A DNA stretch of 63,330 nt, the filler included, from Alcyonidium flabelliforme (Eukaryota), in assembly GCA_026167845.1 (NCBI GenBank). It is 51 parts of 51 records of this genome, joined end to end, with 100 filler letters (N's around TTAATTAATTAA, not from the genome) between each part and the next. Parts side by side here need not be neighbours in the genome. Positions count along the whole stretch, not along the records: positions 61,044 to 62,137 come from JAOQFJ010000263.1; positions 62,238 to 63,330 come from JAOQFJ010000264.1; 49 more parts are not named here. One strand, given 5' to 3'. Shown piece by piece: positions 60,944-63,330 of this stretch (positions within the stretch are counted from its first letter, which is position 1; each line of letters starts with the position of its first letter). The notes beneath the pieces are model-generated. The model was not told where the DNA came from. It made no database searches and saw nothing but the letters and a program-made list of their open reading frames with translations. The position numbers and the translations under genes were made by a program.

Positions 60944-62310
60944 NNNNNNNNNNNNNNNNNNNNNNNNNNNNNNNNNNNNNNNNNNNNTTAATTAATTAAN
61001 NNNNNNNNNNNNNNNNNNNNNNNNNNNNNNNNNNNNNNNNNNNGAATATAAAGTTCGGCTCTTCTCGGTCCCTTGGCCATCGGGTTCGGAGAAACAATGC
61101 TCGGCGAGAAGTGGATAACTTTCGGCATCTGATCGGCTTTGGTCCTTCATGTTGTAAAGTGCTGAGTAGATTGAGATTTGAAAATAAAATCGAGGGGAAG
61201 AGGAGTTTAATATTGCGAATTCAAGGCAGCGTGACCATGCAGTACTCTTGGGTCTGGAGGTCTGGTCACTAAGTCATAACAGTTGAATGGCATGTGAACT
61301 CTCAGTTTTATTTTCTGTTTCTGTTTAAGTTGTTATTTTTTTATTTGTTTTTTCTATTTTTATTTCATTTTTTTCCGCGACGCATTATGTATAGACTGTG
61401 TATCTCGCACTGCACATACCTAGGTATCCCAGACGGTAAGTTTGGGGGGCGGGCCGCTTCACGGGAACGCTAATCTTCCCAGGTTCCTGAGGGTCCTGGA
61501 ACCCTAAGATATACCTCCCTAGATAGGTATACATTCACTCGATGCCTATATTGTGGCCGAGCGATAAACCGTCCTGCCTTCTGCTACTGATTTCACCAGC
61601 CTTTGGTCTCCTTCATCTACAACATATGCATTTAGGCGAGGGCCTACACCGCTTTGACACGGGTTGCTTGCATTCCTTTTTTGGCCCTGTTCCCGACCTT
61701 ACTATGAGGGGAGCATACGGTGGCTGGCTAAACCCAACTGTCTATGACGTATCACAACGGTTAGAACCGACCCTAGGAAACGCCTAGCCTCCTTAGGAAC
61801 GACACGCTACTTCGGAAATAACGATGATTCCTTTATTCTTAATAGGCTAGATAGCCAATAGGAGCCTAACCACTTAATTTATTAATTAGTAGAGCTTTGA
61901 GAACGAATTAGTGGCATGGTTAAAGAAGAATGGACTAGACTAATCTACGCGTTTTGGATGGGGATGGTAGTGAAACCCGTTTTGTTTGCCCTCTCTTTAT
62001 CTGCCGTGTGCATCTTTGCTGGCTAAGACCAAAAATACCGTTTGTTCTGGTTTTACTTTGTCATATTCTACTCTGCCCCCGCCTTTCTACCATCAGGGAT
62101 ATATTGCACGTTGGTTCTGCCGTGGTATCCGATCCGTNNNNNNNNNNNNNNNNNNNNNNNNNNNNNNNNNNNNNNNNNNNNTTAATTAATTAANNNNNNN
62201 NNNNNNNNNNNNNNNNNNNNNNNNNNNNNNNNNNNNNGCGATTTAAGTATATATTCAGCTAAGGTTAATAGTGATAAAGAAAAAATAATAGACTATAAAC
62301 TCTCAAGAGG

Positions 62311-62397
62311 GCCAAGCTATAGCTTGAATGATGAGCGAGGATACAACAAGGGTCTAGGAGACCCTTGTCCGAGTGCAAGAGTCAAGCTATGCTTGGC
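62311..62397. repeat. 87-bp palindromic intergenic element (REP/MITE-like)
   Basis: Ends GCCAAGCTATAGCTTGA / TCAAGCTATGCTTGGC; internal hairpin ACAAGGGTCT agg AGACCCTTGT. Confidence 0.8.
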
Positions 62398-62402
62398 TGT
62401 GA

Positions 62403-63089
62403 GTACCAGAACAACTGTTTGACGATCCTGAGACCGCAGAAAAAGAGGCTGATGGCATCAGTGCAACAAAAGCTTTGAGTCTAGCAGCACAAAAAGGACA
62501 GACTATCTATACAATCACTAAAGCAAACTATGCAGAAGTATTACCAAAGCTCAATCATAGCACGGTGGTGATGACCGATATTCGTAATGGGGTTAATGCA
62601 GGCAAAACCGTAACGGTTCACAGTGCTGAAATTAGAATTAGGGGTTGGCAAGGTACAGGGTATACTATTCTTGATCCAAATTCAGGCGCTGGGGCTTATA
62701 TGATTGGCGGTGGGCTTGATGGAGGTTTTACTGCTATTCCTGGTATACAGAAAATACTTAGTGTTGTAGGCTTGGGTTACGTTTATATAAGATTACTTGC
62801 TATTCTAGGCAATTCTCTTCCAGATTTTTTAAATGGAATAGCTAGATCTATATTTTTACTATCCCATATTTTGAATATAGTTAACCTTGCAAATAATTGT
62901 AACTCAAGCCTCATAACACAAATTGTAGTTATAGGAATGACATTACTAACTGTAGCTATCATTGGGTTATTATTTATTTTTGCTGCACCTGCTATCGTAG
63001 GACTACTCTCTTTATTCGCAGTAGGATATTTTAATTCAAAACTAGTTTCAGCCACTATTAATACTTCAGCCTGTCAAAGAGAATACTAA
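62403..63089 (+). CDS. Start-less C-terminal module of a large secreted protein: conserved carrier end plus hydrophobic putative toxin tip
   Basis: VPEQLF..DGISATKAL..A..GQTIYTIT..GWQGTGYTILDPNSGAGAYMIGGGLDGG then an AT-richer hydrophobic tail; in-frame TGA at 62400 precedes it. Confidence 0.65.
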   Translation, partial: VPEQLFDDPETAEKEADGISATKALSLAAQKGQTIYTITKANYAEVLPKLNHSTVVMTDIRNGVNAGKTVTVHSAEIRIRGWQGTGYTILDPNSGAGAYMIGGGLDGGFTAIPGIQKILSVVGLGYVYIRLLAILGNSLPDFLNGIARSIFLLSHILNIVNLANNCNSSLITQIVVIGMTLLTVAIIGLLFIFAAPAIVGLLSLFAVGYFNSKLVSATINTSACQREY

Positions 63090-63092
63090 TAT

Positions 63093-63330
63093 ATGACTTC
63101 CCGTAATGAAGCGATAATACGTAAAGAATTTTGGAAAGAATGTTTATTATGGATAGTTAGTTTTATATTTTTTTTATTACTAGGAGTTGATAGTTGGGCA
63201 GCTTACTTTATGTTTGGTAGCACTGTACTATTTATGTTTGATAATGCGAAGAACAAAAGAGTAAGTAAAGGAACATTGTTACTTATAATCTCTTCTATAG
63301 CTATGTGCATTATTGATTTTATATATAATC
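63093..63330 (+). CDS. Small membrane protein, candidate immunity protein (absent from ORF track), 3' truncated
   Basis: ATG 3 nt after the upstream stop; MTSRNEAIIRKEFWKECLLWIVSFIFFLLLGVDSWAAYFMFG..., about three TM segments. Confidence 0.65.
   Translation, partial: MTSRNEAIIRKEFWKECLLWIVSFIFFLLLGVDSWAAYFMFGSTVLFMFDNAKNKRVSKGTLLLIISSIAMCIIDFIYN

Noticed and set aside
61044..62137. Fungal gene start (minus, near 61150) and possible LTR near 61410-61760
   Set aside because: Only ~35 codons visible and no second LTR or clear PBS to confirm
1206..62237. ORFs ending in X-runs plus LIN or N, and apparent gene neighbourhoods across spacers
   Set aside because: Artefacts of the spacer; neighbouring contigs are unrelated

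Overview
This is not one locus. It is 51 unrelated short contigs (about 1,205 down to 1,093 bp, sorted by decreasing length) joined by 100-nt spacers (N-run + TTAATTAATTAA + N-run), so no synteny can be read across spacers and most genes are truncated. The mixture looks like a marine host-associated metagenome or a contaminant bin. Animal (invertebrate-like) repeats: Penelope-like elements, LINEs, BEL/Pao, gypsy, Polinton-type polB, THAP, MITEs and a HINE. Filamentous-fungal pieces: copia, a MADS-box mini-gene, an Est1-like gene, a DUF3505-like gene and RIP-mutated DNA. Gammaproteobacterial fragments (Psychrobacter/Vibrio-like): PilY1, giant adhesins, an FrpC-like RTX protein, capsule genes, toxins and plasmid genes. 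Two GC-rich contigs look phage-like. The best candidate for a new system is contig 9068-10248, a 1,104-bp circle with no convincing protein gene. It carries an ~82-nt two-hairpin antisense RNA, a convergent promoter reading into a highly structured region, and a MOBQ-type oriT, which fits a minimal RNA-primed mobilisable plasmid. Also notable: an orphan polymorphic toxin/immunity cassette (62311-63330), hammerhead-like motifs in all four Penelope fragments, and an apparently intron-containing Polinton-type polymerase. All family assignments come from motif recognition by eye; no searches were run.
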